In this document: piece by piece, positions 12,340 through 25,370 of the stretch
Position numbering within the stretch: position 1 is the first letter of the stretch
Layout of the letters: each line of letters starts with the position of its first letter
From: Hydrolagus colliei
Taxonomy: Eukaryota
NCBI GenBank assembly: GCA_035084275.1
Contig: CM068752.1
Span: 2,852,001 to 2,916,000, forward strand
Reading direction: 5' to 3'
Length of the DNA: 64,000 nt
Notes under the pieces: generated by a model
Told to the model about the DNA's origin: nothing
Database searches by the model: none
What the model saw: only the letters and a program-made list of their open reading frames with translations
Position numbers and translations under genes: made by a program

Positions 12340-12720
12340 AACAACAGCCACAACACATTTACACTGATGGAGCACCTTTCACGTCGGGAGGACGTCCCAA
12401 GGCGCTGAACAGTCAGGTCAGATCGGGACCCGAGCAGGGGAGAGGGGCAGGGTAGCGGGGAGGGGAGGAAGAGAGTTAGGAGGGGAGGAAGAGAGTTGGG
12501 AAGGCAGCAGAAGGCAGGATCGAAGAGGAGGGAAGTGACAACAACTTGCGTTTAACTAACACCGGACGTCACAGAAAGCTTCACACTGGCGGAGCCCGAG
12601 GCCGAGCCAGGGGAGGGGGAAGGTGACCGTAAGCGCGGTCGAAGAGGAAGGTCTTCAGGCGCGACGTGAAGCTGGGAAAGGAGGGGCTGAGCGGAGCGGG
12701 TTGAGGAAAGGAGTTCTATA
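12340..12720 (-). mobile_element. Two adjacent L2 3' fragments
   Basis: ctttcacgtcgggaggacgtcccaaggcgctg tail plus ggtcgaagaggag-type segments, with an internal ~20-nt tandem duplication at ~12460-12500. Confidence 0.75.
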
Positions 12721-13821
12721 AAAGAGCAGTGTAAGTGGAGAGGTTGCCTTGGCCACTGGCTTTGTCTGTTGTGGCTCAGAAATTTTCGCCTATTTAAAAG
12801 AAAATTAATTACCTTCATCTGTTTAACGTGAAACTCTGGGACAGGAGATCTCCTTTAGGCGTTAGCATACATCCCAATCCACGACTGTTTGTGTGGGCCA
12901 TTGGCTGCCGCGTTTCACCCACAAAATATGTAGTCAATTGACTTTACAATATATTCTGTGCAGTGCTTTGAGACATCTCAAAGAAGTTATCAAACGCTCT
13001 AACAAATGCACAGATTCTTCTTATTATTATTATTCTTATTACACCTTGAACAGCATGTATTAAACTTCAATACTCTCTCACTAATTTGAAACTCAGGAGA
13101 ATCTACCTGTTCTCGTTATAAACTCGAGATTACTGAAAACCCTGACAAATCCCTAACCCTTTAAACAAGAGTCGAAAATCGAGGCTCACTCGCAGATTCC
13201 TGAAGCCCGGGCAGTGTGGGGGAGATTTTGCCTATCTTGGGAATGGAATGAACTACTGTATACTTTACTTTAAACCCGGCACTTAAACGCTTTGCCGTTA
13301 GTCATAGTGTAAATATTTCTGGGTGAGCAGTTGCATAATTTCTCGTTGACAAACTGTGTGTGATCACTTTTTAGGAATGTGGAACGTGCAGGATCTCACA
13401 TTTGTTGATCTTTTTTGTTGGGTATCAGTCTAACCGCCTGAGGCCAGATGTGTTCTGATCTTGGGCTGTCCGCATTCCGCTCATGCTCCTTACATGTGGT
13501 TACACTTCGCTCTCGTCATCCTGATATACAATGTCCCAAACGAGAGCTCGCCGCTGGAAATATTGACAGACTCCAGTTTCTTGAAGTAATTTAGAAACAG
13601 CACATCCTGTAGTTTCATGTGTTTCTGTGTATTTTACACTCACAGTTGCAGGAATTGTTACATAATGATTCCCATTGTTTATTTAACAGAATCCATCGGC
13701 AACTCCTAATCCCCCCCCCACTTACCCTCCTCCCCCCAATTGCACACAGCAGTGTCCTACAAACAGTCGTGGATTGAAGTGACCAATTTATTATTTGTTT
13801 TTGTTTTCTGAATGGATTATT

Positions 13822-14280
13822 AACAACAACAACAACAACAAATTACACTTATAGAGCGCCTTTCACGTCGGGAGGACGTCCCAAGGCGCTGCACAGGAGG
13901 CGTGTGACCCGAGCTGGGAGGGGAGTGTTTGGGAAGGGGTGAGACACGAAGGGGAGGTCGAAAAATTTGGGGTGGAACAAAAGGCACGGTCGAAGAGGAA
14001 AGTCTTCAAACCGGCCTTGAAAGAGGAAAGGGAAGAAATGAGACGGAGGGATTGGGGGATGGTATTCCATAGGGTGGGAGCGGAGAAACTGAAGGCCCGG
14101 CCTTCAGTTTCTCCGGTGGTGGGGCGGTCCGATGGTGGGGCGGTTCGGGCGGGGGGCTTGGAGCAGGCCAAGTCCTGCTGAACGGAGGGTCCGGGTGGGC
14201 TTGTAGGGGGAAAGTAGATTGGTTAAATAGGGCGGGGCAAGGCCGTGTAAGGCCTTGAAGGTGAGGACGAGGATCATGAA
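13822..14280 (-). mobile_element. L2 LINE 3' fragment
   Basis: GRAFSFSAPTLWNTIPQSLR...FKAGLKTFLFDRAF, with an (aac)n tail on the + strand and the stem-loop. Confidence 0.9.
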
Positions 14281-14914
14281 CGAGACGAGGATCTTTTATT
14301 AGAAGGCATTACCAGGCTTAAGAGTATTTAAACTAGTCCAAAGGGTCCACGAAGGAATAACCACCCAAAACACACAAATTCAAAAGCAAATCACTTAACT
14401 ATGTAGTACTGTACAAGAAAATTAATAAATTATGGCTAACTCTTCTGATGAACTGAATTTCCTTTTTCATAGTACTGTATCATGATTGAAACGCCTAATT
14501 TTTTTTGAGAGATATTCATCTTCCCTTTGTGTTTTGTAGATGTTTCCCTGTGTTATAATGGAGGGGCCCATTAACATGCTCTTAGTAACGATTGAATTCA
14601 TTTGATGTGTTTGTTTCCGATTTACATTTCAAACTCGGAACATTTTCACAAGAGGTTTTTCTGCTCACTGATTATTTCCCAGTAATCGCGTAGAAATAAT
14701 AACAGTGCTAAATGTCAAGGCAAATGTTTAATTTCCGCTCGGAAAGTTTTTGTGCTCATTTTTATGTTGTGGAAAAAAGAAGAATGGGATATGGTATTCC
14801 ATTCATGTTGTTTACAGTTAGTGCAGGGATAGTGTGAGTCAGTATAGACTAAACCCCCTTCTACAGTGTACTGGACTGTGTACATTAATGACCCACTGTG
14901 TAGTGTTACAATCG

Positions 14915-15348
14915 TGACCTTATCTCCTCCATCCTCACCAGACTCCACTGGCTTCCCATCATACAGTTCAAGACCCTGGACCTCACCTCCAAAAGCCATC
15001 CATGGCCTTCTACCTAACCCCCTACCAACCTGCCCTGCCCCTCCACTCAGCTGGCTACACTCTGTTTCCCGTTCCCCCGCCTCGCCCGTCCCACCGTTGA
15101 GGGCTTTCTGCCACTCTGCCCAAACCTTCTGGAATCTACCCTGCCTCCCGCCCTCCTATGCCACATTCAAGACCTGTCTCAAAACCCTCCTCTTCGACCT
15201 TGCCTTTGTCTTCGCTCACCCTCCTTTCCCCTCCCTGCCCGATGCCCTCCCCGATCCTGATCCCCAGCTCGCGTCCGAAACATTGATTGTCCAGCGCCTT
15301 GGGACGTCCTCCTGACATGAAAGACGCTGTACAAATTTTGTTGTTGTT
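14915..15348 (+). mobile_element. L2 LINE 3' fragment
   Basis: ctccactggcttccc (LHWLP-like) ... RAFCHSAQTFWNLP...FKTCLKTLLFDLAF, then stem-loop and (ttg)n. Confidence 0.85.
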
Positions 15349-16384
15349 TTGGATTATAACTGTGGCTTTTCTCAGTGAATCAATTTTGTACCGGTTCAGT
15401 GTTGATGAAATTGTGGTTTCCACCACAGTGTGATCGCATACAGATGTTCTAACATGATTGTGAGGAGACTTTAATGTGCTGGCTGGCTGGATTCAAAGCT
15501 TGTTTTGAACTTACTGACCCACCTCCTTGCCTTTGTCATCACCCACCCAGCCTCTCATTCTTTTGAAACTTTTTACTTTCATAAAATGGTGGTGAATTCC
15601 TCTTTTTATGGGAGTAAATCCCTAGATTTTTGCAAAGCCTGTAGATGGATAAACGTGGGAGTTGGAGTATGTAACACTTGTAATATTTTTCAATGAGCTT
15701 CACAGGTTGTCTGCATTAAATGAAGGAAGCGTTTCGCCCACAAAATACACAGTCACTTTATTCTGATTATTATCATTATATCGATTCTGACAGGAGGAAG
15801 GAAATTCTAACATGCCTCCGTGACTCTGGTAACTATTTTCTTTGATTATGTGGTCGGCGAGGACAGACTGAACTTAACGAAGCCGTTACTTCGGACTCTG
15901 TCGTTTGTGTGATATCAACATCAGCATGTGACAAGGGCGTTCACGGGACACAGGCGTGTGTGTACTTCCTTTCAAACGTTTTGCAGTGAAAGATGGTCAA
16001 AGGCCCTGGAGTTTTGGTGACGCACGCCCTTTCTGACTGACAATGTAAATCGGCGCCAGTGTGTGAAACCCACAGGAAAGAAAATTGCTGAGAACGCAGT
16101 TCCATTCAGTTCTCAATAGTATACATATTTCCTGTGGGTGACCTGAATTTTTTTTTGATACCGATGTCTAATCTTTGTGGCATCTGAAAAGATGAAGTGT
16201 TCAGTGTGTCCTTTGTACACTATTTACAGTGAAAGACAGCCCCGGCTCCGACATAACAAAACACATGCTGATTTCACGTGTGTGTGTGTGTGTGTGGTTA
16301 GAACTGAACACATGCTGGACTGTGACCAGTGGTGTGGTGTCCTGATGCTCACATTGCCTGGAATGTGACTGCGAGCTTGCAGTT

Positions 16385-16752
16385 AATTATAATAATAATC
16401 CTTGTACTGTATTTTGATATAGCCCCTTATCACGTCTTCGAGACGCCTCAAAGCTCTTCACAGAATATATAGTAAAGCCAATTGACTGCGTACGTTGTGG
16501 GTGAAACGCGGCAACCAATTGCGCACAACAGTGTCCCACAAACAGTGACCAGTTTATTTTTAATTTATTTGGAAGGAATTTATTACCCCCCGGAAAAGCG
16601 ATCCACCGATCGACTAACCAGGTTCTCACTTACTGCTGGGTAAACAGAGGCGTGTGGAGCGAGGAAACACTTGCCCAACGTTTCGCCCTGGCCGGGAATC
16701 AAACCCAGGTTCTCTCACTTGCGAGGCGTGTGGTCTGACCCCTTCAGGACTG
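16385..16752 (-). mobile_element. SINE, long form with extra internal segment
   Basis: Carries the extra block ctgtttacccagcagtaagtgagaacctggttagtcgatcggtggatcgcttttccggggg. Confidence 0.85.
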
Positions 16753-17327
16753 CAGTTCGTATTTATCTCTATTTCCCCCCCACCCCACCTCCCCCCTGCC
16801 CGCCCCGAGTAGGAAATTGACAGGAACGTAGAACGCTGAAGCTGACGTTCTGCTTGCAATTATAGTCTGGAAGAAGCGCAGTGACTTGTCTGTCCTTCAT
16901 TTGATTGTGGAGCAGATTGTGTTAAGGCTACTGTTGAGTGTGCGATTTTACACAGACAGCTGGTGGCTGCCTGGTATCTTCCCTTCCCACACAGACACTC
17001 GAAATAATAATGCTGCTCACAGAATAGAACATTAATGAACTACAAGTCAAACCGCTCACAATCGGGAGTAGGGTTTGGGATGCGTTTTGTCACGTGTCAA
17101 TGCCACCTTTTATGGTGTGGGAAGCGTTACATGTTTGAAGGAAACTTTTTTAATTACATCTAATTCTGCGTCTGAATGTTCCAGAGGGCACTGATCATAC
17201 AAATTGCCGTGTGTAATGCTTCCGTCTGCTGTGTGGAGAACAGTTTCAGAAACAGTGCGTACCAGTGACCTTGTGTCTGTTTTGTACCAAACTATTTTGT
17301 TGTATTGGCAACTGTTAACAGCTCAAT

Positions 17328-17570
17328 GTTAGAGATGTCCAATTGAGGCCCCCGTTTGCTTGTTCAGGTGGATAATAAAAGATCCCAAGCCACTACTCGA
17401 AAACAGAAGGAAGTTTCTTTACCCCAGAGTCTGGCCGACAGACTCCAATAAAATTGGTCAGTCACTTCTCAGCTATTTGTGGGACATTACTGTGCGCAAT
17501 TTTGTCTGCCATCTTTGCCCATAAATCACAGTTATTATAATTAACTGAATTTCTTGTGAAGCATTTGGGG
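17328..17570 (+). mobile_element. Old Deu-domain SINE relic
   Basis: gaggcccccgtttgcttgttcaggtggataataaaagatccc...gaaaacagaagg resembles the DeuSINE central domain (recalled from SacSINE1/AmnSINE1), followed by the same tail as the young SINE. Confidence 0.6.
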
Positions 17571-19578
17571 ATAATAATAATAATGCTAATAATCCTTGCA
17601 TTTTGATATAGTACTTATATCAAAATATATATAGTACTTATATCTCCTAAACGTCTCAAAGCGCTTCACACTGAATATACTGTAAAGTGAAATGACTGTG
17701 TATTTTGTGGGCAAAACGCGTTTGCTCTCCTGATGCCACAGACACAATACCAAAGTGTATTATTATTATTGTTGTTGTGTTTCCCTTCTGAGGCAAAGTC
17801 CGCACGCTATCTCAGTGCAAACTCATTTGTGATAAAGGAAGCCCTGCAATCTCTTGTTATGAACAAAATCCTACGAATGATCGACTGTGCTCCTGGGATG
17901 GCTAATTCAATCTCTCTTCCTGTTTTGCCTCGCATTAAAATGAGGTCACCGACGTTGGTTGTTGCCTAGTTTGTGTCTCGCTCGATCCCGAGACTTGCCA
18001 CTAACAATCTGCCAACTTGCTGGGAAAGCACCATCGAAAATCGATGTTGATGTTATTCAAATTATCGAAGCCATCTTCAGGAGGAAGTCAATTAACGGAG
18101 GCCTTTCGGGCCAATCAATTTGGATTATAAGTCTTCTGTTCCAATATTGCTCTTTAAAAGCTGTTTAAGTCAGTGTTGTGGATGGGGGAGGAGGGTCAGG
18201 TTGATTGGATAACTCAGCACAGATTACAGTAAAGTCAATTTGCTCTACACTGATCCCATCCCATGTCGCTGAACCTTCCTGGACAGCTGTTTCCTCTTCG
18301 AGTCTTTGGCAACTTGATGTTTGCTGTAGTGTATTGTGTTTACACTGGGTATATTGACAGTGTTTGGTGTGTTGTCTTTCTGATGTGAAGGGCACTATCT
18401 ATACAAGTGCGATTTGTTATTGTGGTGGTCTCCATTCCCACAGTCCCTCCACCTCGCCCCCTACTTTGCTTTCTTCAAGACCCGTCTCAAGACCCTCCTC
18501 TCAAGACCAACCGTGCCTTTGGTCACCATATACCTGATAATAATCCCTCAAGGAAAGGAACACAATAATAAAAATTGGCCACTTCAACCCACGACTGTTT
18601 GTGGGACACTGCTGTGTGCCATTGGCTGCCACTTTTCGCCCCACAAAATACACAGTCAATTCATTTTACAGTACATTGTGTGAAGCGCTTTGAGACGTCT
18701 AGAAGACATGAAAAAGCGCGATATCAAATGCAAGGATTATACAACAACAATTTCTATTCATACAATGCTTTTGCCGCGGGCAGAGCCTTGAACTGTATGT
18801 GTTGGATTAACAGGTTATATTTGTTAAAACAGGAAATGTACTTAAATAACAGAGATGACTAACTAAAACAACTAAGTCATTCTTGGAGCTGGTGGAGGGG
18901 GAAGGGAGGGGTGGGTGGGGGGGAGGGGAGGGTAGGATGGCTGTTCTCATGCCCTGCCCTGTCAAAAGAACCTTTTGGATCATCAGGCAACAGCAGACGT
19001 GATTGTGAGCACACACTGACTCACCCTCTGCGTTAATGTATTACATTTACTGCATGCAATGCAGCACCACATATACCCTGACAGGTTTCTTAATCAGAGA
19101 GAGAGAGAAAAAAACACACAGCACATAAGCACTTTGATAATTTTTCACTTCACCGCCTGTCTCTCTGAAACCTCTTTCATAGGGAGGTTTTTTTTGTTTT
19201 GCTCAGAGATCCGGTCGCACCGTGTATAGAATTGAATGAGAAGAGGCTTCACGTTTTATTTTGAGTTTATTTATGATTTGGGTCACCTGCAGAAACCCAC
19301 ATCTTTGCCTAAAGTACGTGAACCGAATCGAGTTCCACGCGTGCCACTTGCACATGGAAAATTCCATGTTTTTATTGCTCAGTCGGTGTAATAAAAATCC
19401 GTCAATGCTCATAATGTTTTTTTTAACTGAGCCCAAATCTACATAGAGTTGACCAGATCCATGTTAATTATTAGTTCGAGTTGACTTAATGAGTTCTGAC
19501 TTGGTTTATAGGACTTATCTACCCATCTGTACATGATTTTCTCTGTGGGTTTGTGTTGAGGTTAGCAATGTACCTGCA

Positions 19579-19910
19579 GTCCCTGTAGCTTGGTGGTTAG
19601 ATCACTCGCCTCGCCTGCGAGATGACTTGGGTTCAATTCTCAGGCAGGGCGAAATGTTGGGCACACCTTACTCCACACACCTCTGTTTACCTCACTGTTA
19701 GTACTAGAAACCTGATTGTTAGCCAATTTGGCAGATTGCCTTTCTGGGAGTAATAATCCCTTCTAAAAAATTTAAATAAAATAATAAGAGTTGGTTCACT
19801 CAATCCACGACTGATTGTGGATCACTGCTGTGTGCAATTGGCTGCCGCGTTTCGACCACAGAATACACAGTCAATTCACTTGATAGTACAGTCTGTGACG
19901 CACTTTGATA
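19579..19910 (+). mobile_element. SINE, long form
   Basis: tagcttggtggttaga...gggttcaattc head plus the extra internal block. Confidence 0.85.
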
Positions 19911-20221
19911 GGCCGCAACTGCAGGGGGGTTGTATTATTATATAAGCTATATACTGTCTACGTTACCTGAATTCAGACTGGTTCTCTCCTGCCTTCTCCC
20001 TTCTTTGTATGTGCTGGTTATGTACTTTGGCTTCGGGTTTCAATCAGCGGATCTTGTTTGCTGGGTGTGTCATGGTGCGCGTACTGTATGTGATTTCATG
20101 CCAGCTTCCTGAAAATTACAAAGTTCCAAGTATTCCTTCACCTCATGTCTATCACGTCAAAACCATCAGATGTGTACGGTTGACACTGTGTCCTGAGTAA
20201 CATGAGCGATTTCAAGATATC

Positions 20222-20556
20222 TGTGGAAATCTTTAGCTCAGAGTTTAGAGTGCTCGCCTCACAAACGAGAGGACCTGGGTTGGATCTCTGGACAGGGTGA
20301 AACTCGGTTGTTAAGTGATTGGCGGATCGCTTTTCCGGGGGTAATAAACCCTTGATTAAAAAATCATATCAATACTAATTTAGTCCCCCAATGCACGACT
20401 GCTTGTGAGACGCTGATGTGCGTAATTGGCTGCCGCTTTTCGCTCATAAAATATACAGTCGATTTACTTTAGAGTACATTCTGCGAAGCGCTTTCGAGAC
20501 ATCTCAAAGATTTGCTAAGGCGTTATATTAAATTCAAGGCTTATTATTATTATTAT
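20222..20556 (+). mobile_element. SINE, long form, internally deleted
   Basis: Diverged tRNA head, gattggcggatcgcttttccggggg block and standard tail. Confidence 0.8.
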
Positions 20557-20894
20557 ACAACAATTCTCTATTGAAGCAAATAATTTTCCCACATTTTGAG
20601 ACTTTTTCAGTGAGCGGATTGGAAACCCAATTCTCAATGACTGAACTCTTTCCCATTGCCTTTCTTTGGAGTCAATTAGAAAGTCATATTTTGGAGCAGA
20701 ATAATTGTCATGGCTTGAATCATGTACATGTATTGTACAGTACTGTATGTGCTCAAGTTTTAGATTGGGGTCACAGGCTCCCTGGTGGTCAGTTGTAGAG
20801 CTGCAGTGATTGAAACTTGGCAACTGATCTCAGTCACTGCATGATGTGTGGAAAGTGAATATTGGAACAGAACTACTGTATAGAGAGGTGCCCA

Positions 20895-21025
20895 TTCTGA
20901 CGAAGGGTCGTGGACTCGAAATGTTGACTCACTTTGCTTTCTCCATGGATGCTGCCTGACCTGCTGAGTTTTCCTGGCAACTTCTGTTTCTGTTTCAGAT
21001 TTCCAGCATCTGTAGTATTTTGAGT
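20895..21025 (+). mobile_element. Penelope-like terminal repeat with minimal hammerhead-ribozyme core
   Basis: ctgacga-a-gggtc-gtg-gactc-gaaa-tgtt followed by gatgctgcctgacctgctgagt...ttccagcatctg. Confidence 0.65.
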
Positions 21026-21564
21026 TTTGTTTATAGAGGTGCCTATATACTTCACTGCACATAACGATGAATAATGAATTGTGCCATTAAGTTCCAATGT
21101 GTTGCCAACAGAAAGTCAGATGTTACACAATTAAGGTTGCGACATCTCACAACATTAGGGTACATTCTTTTGCCTGCGATTCGATGACGACGTATTATGG
21201 CGATGACGACAGTGCAGATTTTGTTGTGTCTTTGTCCGGTTTGCAGTTTCCTCTTTGCAGAATGAAATCACAACAAAAAAAGTCTCGGAGAGATTGGTAA
21301 TCAGTTAACAACAACAACAAAATTACACTTGTATAAGCGTCTTTCACGTCAGGAGGATGTCTCAAGACGCTGCTTCAGACCTGAGCTGAGGCCAAGGGGG
21401 TGTGGGAGTTAGATTCAGATTTGAAACATCATACTAACCCTGTACAGGATTACTACATACATACCACACTGTACAGCTCAGGCCACATCTCAGTGTTAGA
21501 TGAATGAGCTATGAGCAATAATAAGATACCCCAGAACTCCCCATGCCTGAAAGGACAGACATCA

Positions 21565-21750
21565 AATAATGTCTTTACCCCGAGGGTAATTAACGACTGG
21601 GACAGGTCGGCAAAAAGGGTGGATAAAGCCATTATGTTGGACTTGATTTAAAAGGCAGCTCACTCAATGCTGTTGATGGGAGGGCAGGAGGGTGGAGGGT
21701 GTATGGCAACAATGACATCAAATGGGCTGAAAGGCCTTCATCGTCTCACA
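21565..21750 (+). mobile_element. CR1-type LINE 3' remnant
   Basis: tttaccccgagggtaattaacgactgggac (FTxRVxNxW-like) ... aatgggctgaaaggcct. Confidence 0.6.
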
Positions 21751-21949
21751 CTCCTATGATGTTATTTGTCATTACCTGTGGTCGCATTGTCTACATCAGC
21801 ACAAAGTCATCGAGTCATCGAGTCATCCAGTCTCCCAGCTTGAGCTCCATTGTAGGTCATCAGTCACAGGAGCTCTGGCCATCTCCACACCATGTAACAG
21901 TGGCTGGGTGTCAGTCTAACCTTCTCGAGTCTACTTCTTTCACTACAAT

Positions 21950-22200
21950 CATCTTTTTTTTCCCCCTGTGATTAAAGGAATTAGGAAGACCTTTTGCCAA
22001 CATGTCATCTGTTGTGAATTCAACATCAGGACTGTCTGAATCACTATCTCAAGTTGACGTATTTTCGTTCCATGGCTCCTTTGATGTTGGCCTCTTTTTT
22101 TCCCTGTTTCTGACTCAGTCGCGTTACCAGAAATCACAGTATTTCGAAGGTCTAGTTTTCTCTCCTTTCCATCTGATGTGAAAGCCACATTTCAATGCAG
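21950..22200 (-). mobile_element. Possible RTE-type LINE remnant
   Basis: The - strand has gcattgaaatgtgg (AFEMW-like) and a frameshifted GKKRG...PWNEN segment resembling the RTE ORF C-terminus. Confidence 0.35.
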
Positions 22201-22339
22201 ACACACGGCGTCACAGTCTGGCCTCAGCCATGAAACCCAGACAACTCTGTTGTAAGAAAGGATAAACACTTGGGTTCCAGGGATAGGTGTATAATATAGG
22301 GTTGATAACAGACAGTGTGTTGGCCCGGCCTAGAGTTTG

Positions 22340-22512
22340 CGTCCACTCTCGCCTCTAGGTCAGAAAGTTGTGGGGTTCAAAGTCTCACATTAGAACCTTC
22401 AACTGGCTGACTAGCTTGCCAATCTGGAGAGCAGTCTATTGTAGGACATGGCATCCTTTGGTTGAGATGTTTTACTGGGACAAACCCTAACCCATTTACC
22501 TGATCAGGTGTT
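22340..22512 (+). mobile_element. Old Deu-domain SINE relic with tRNA head
   Basis: cactctcgcctctaggtcagaaagttgtggggttcaaagtc...ggcatcctttggttgagatgtt...tcaggtg. Confidence 0.55.
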
Positions 22513-22902
22513 TATAATGTAGGCCTTATTATTATTATTAAAAGTTGTTGTATATAATACAGCGCATAAATTCTTTCTCTTGGGCTGGAGTAACCTCTCA
22601 TGGTTGATGAGTTACCCTAGACCCAGTCACCGACATAACGAGACAAAGTTCAGTGTTTCCCATAATGGGATTTCTTTTGCCACTGGGATGATTTACTAAC
22701 ATCACTGAAGTGTGGTTACCAGATGCGAAGTGACTGCACGATGTTCGTGGATTAAGCCGAGTGATTTTGTTTGGTGATTTGTCTTTCAGTAAAACCACAG
22801 CTTGGTTTGTTTACATTAATATCTGTTGCTCAAAGTTGGAGCTTTGAACTGCCATGGGAAACCCTGTCAGTTAAAAAGATGAGTTCCCCGTTGGTGTTCA
22901 CT

Positions 22903-23330
22903 TATAATAATAATAGTCCTTGCATTTGATATAATGCTTTTCACATCGTATCGACAAGCGCTTCACGGAATATACTGTAAAGTGAATTCACTGAATTTTG
23001 TGAACGAAACCTGGCAGCCAATTGTGCACAGCAGTGTCCCACAAACGTGGAATTGAAATGACCAATTTTATTATTGTGGTTTTTTTTGGAGGGATTATTA
23101 TCAGGCATATGTGTGGAGAAAGGAAACTTGCCCAAGAAAATTACATTTATAGAGCGCCTTTCACGTCGGGAGGACGTCCCAAGGCACTGAACAATCAGGT
23201 CAGGACCCGAGCAGGGGTGGGGAGGGTCAGGGTAAGGGGAAGGAGAGTAGAGAGGGGGAAGAGTTAGGAGTGGAGCCAAAGGTGCGGTCAAAGAGGAGTG
23301 TAAGGCGAGTGCTCTAACCACTGAGCTACA
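22903..23330 (-). mobile_element. SINE with an L2 3' end inserted (23135-23298)
   Basis: SINE head at 23299-23330 and body at 22903-23134 flank an L2 tail in the same orientation. Confidence 0.85.
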
Positions 23331-23997
23331 AATCTGTCTGTGGTGTGTCAGTGAGGTTCTGAGGAATGTTCTCAATGCAGTTTCAGACAACTTGGTTGGT
23401 TTAACTTGACAGGACAGTGACTCCAGACACCAATTGCCCGTGATCAGGTCATCACTGCGATTGCGAAACCAGTGGCGGGTGAATAGACCTGGTGGTTACA
23501 TGTTCGAATGAACTCATGGGGGAATTATCCTGGCTGCATACTTGTATGTAGGAAGTCACTGTCATATATGATGTGTAAGTTGCTCACTCCATCTTCATCT
23601 CTGCCACATTATGCGTCTGTCTCATACTGTGGTCACAAGATTTAGTCTGGACTTTAAGAAATACTATGATAGAATTGACTTTTTGCATGGGGACAATGTC
23701 CCAAAGTGCTTCATTCACCTTGTTGGGTGGGTATTTACTAGAAGACGTGAAAAGCGCTATACCGAATGCAAGGATTATTATTATCTGAACAGAGGGTGTG
23801 GAGGGTGATCAAAAGCGTGGTCAAAGAGGCAGAAATGGCACAGAAAACAATACCACCAACTGTCTCAGTGAGAAAAAAGGGAATAATCTGTGGAGGTTAA
23901 GAATCATGACAACAGCTACAACAACAACAACAATTTACATTTATAGAGCGCCTTTCACGTCGGGAGGACGTCCCAAGGCGCTGAGCTGTTGTAATTC

Positions 23998-24415
23998 TAA
24001 TAATAATAATCCTTGCATTTGATATAGCGGCTTATCAACTCTTCGTGATGTCTTAAAGTGCATCACAAGAGACACTGTAAAGTTGTCATGGTTGTTGTAT
24101 TTGTTGAATTTGTTGTTGTTGTGGTAAAGTATATATTGACTGTATATTTTGTGGACGAAATGCGGCGGCCAATTGCGCACAGCAGTATCCCACAAACAGT
24201 CATGGATTGAGTGACCAATTTATTATTATTTCATTTTTATTAAGAGGTTATTACCCCCAGAAAAGCCACCTGCCAATCGTCTAACAACCTACTTACTACT
24301 AAATAAACAGAGATGTGTGGAGTAAGGAAACTTGTCCAATATTTTGCCCTGCCCAGGAATCGAACCCATGTCCTCTCAGGCAAGCGCTCTAACCACTAAG
24401 ACACAGGATTCCACA
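23998..24415 (-). mobile_element. SINE, long form
   Basis: Tail, body, extra block and tRNA head are all present. Confidence 0.85.
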
Positions 24416-25370
24416 TGTACAAGTTTTACATTTCTACAGAGCCTTTCAAGTTGAAAGGATACCTTAAAGGATCTTGCAGAGAACTGAGCTGAGATACAGG
24501 GAGCTGAGCACGATTTTGTTTTGATGATAGGGTAGAGGTGGTGGTTGGGTGAAGGTCACTCACAATTCACAACAACGATCTCGCTGTTGAACCTCGCCTC
24601 TCAGGCAGAAGAAAGGAAAAAGTTTGCTTCAAATATTCATTGGTTTATTATGAACTTATTGTGCTGAGGAGGAGGGGAATTCTCATCTGGCCACCTAGTA
24701 AACAGACAAAATATTATTAAAATGACTGTTTGATGATCTTACTCTTAGACATTGTTGGATGAATTGGGACAAAAGGCAGGTTTCTACAACATTTCCCAAT
24801 AAAGTAAAGATCGGCATTGAAGGTTAAGGGTACATCAGGTTGCATGTGTCATACAGTATTTGGTACTTACTGTCACAGTACTACCTGTTACTCACTTCTT
24901 ATGTGTGTTACGGTTATTGTGAAGATTAACCAATACCCCGCTGAACACTCACCTATTCATTCACAGACAGGAGTTTTGTAACATTCTGTTTGTGTCATGG
25001 GCAAAAATAAACACGGAGGGGGACAATACCTTGATTCATCAAATGGAGAATGAAATCATTTACTGAGTTTAGTTTAGTGTAGAAGGGTTGCTGAAACACT
25101 GTGAAATTATTGGGACACATATGCTACATATTCTAAATTTATAACTGTTTTGTATGTAACATGCAGGCACCGTACAAAGAAGACACTAATGTCGATATGA
25201 AGTTTGTCAGTTATTCCATGGAAATATAGTACAACTTCATATATTTTAGTTTTTATCAAAGATAATTTCAGCTCTTCACACATGTTTCTTTTCTGTGCCA
25301 CAGGAATCCATCGACAGTGGCTAAGCAGATATAAAGTTGGAGATGGGAAGTATATAATGTTATTGAGTAG

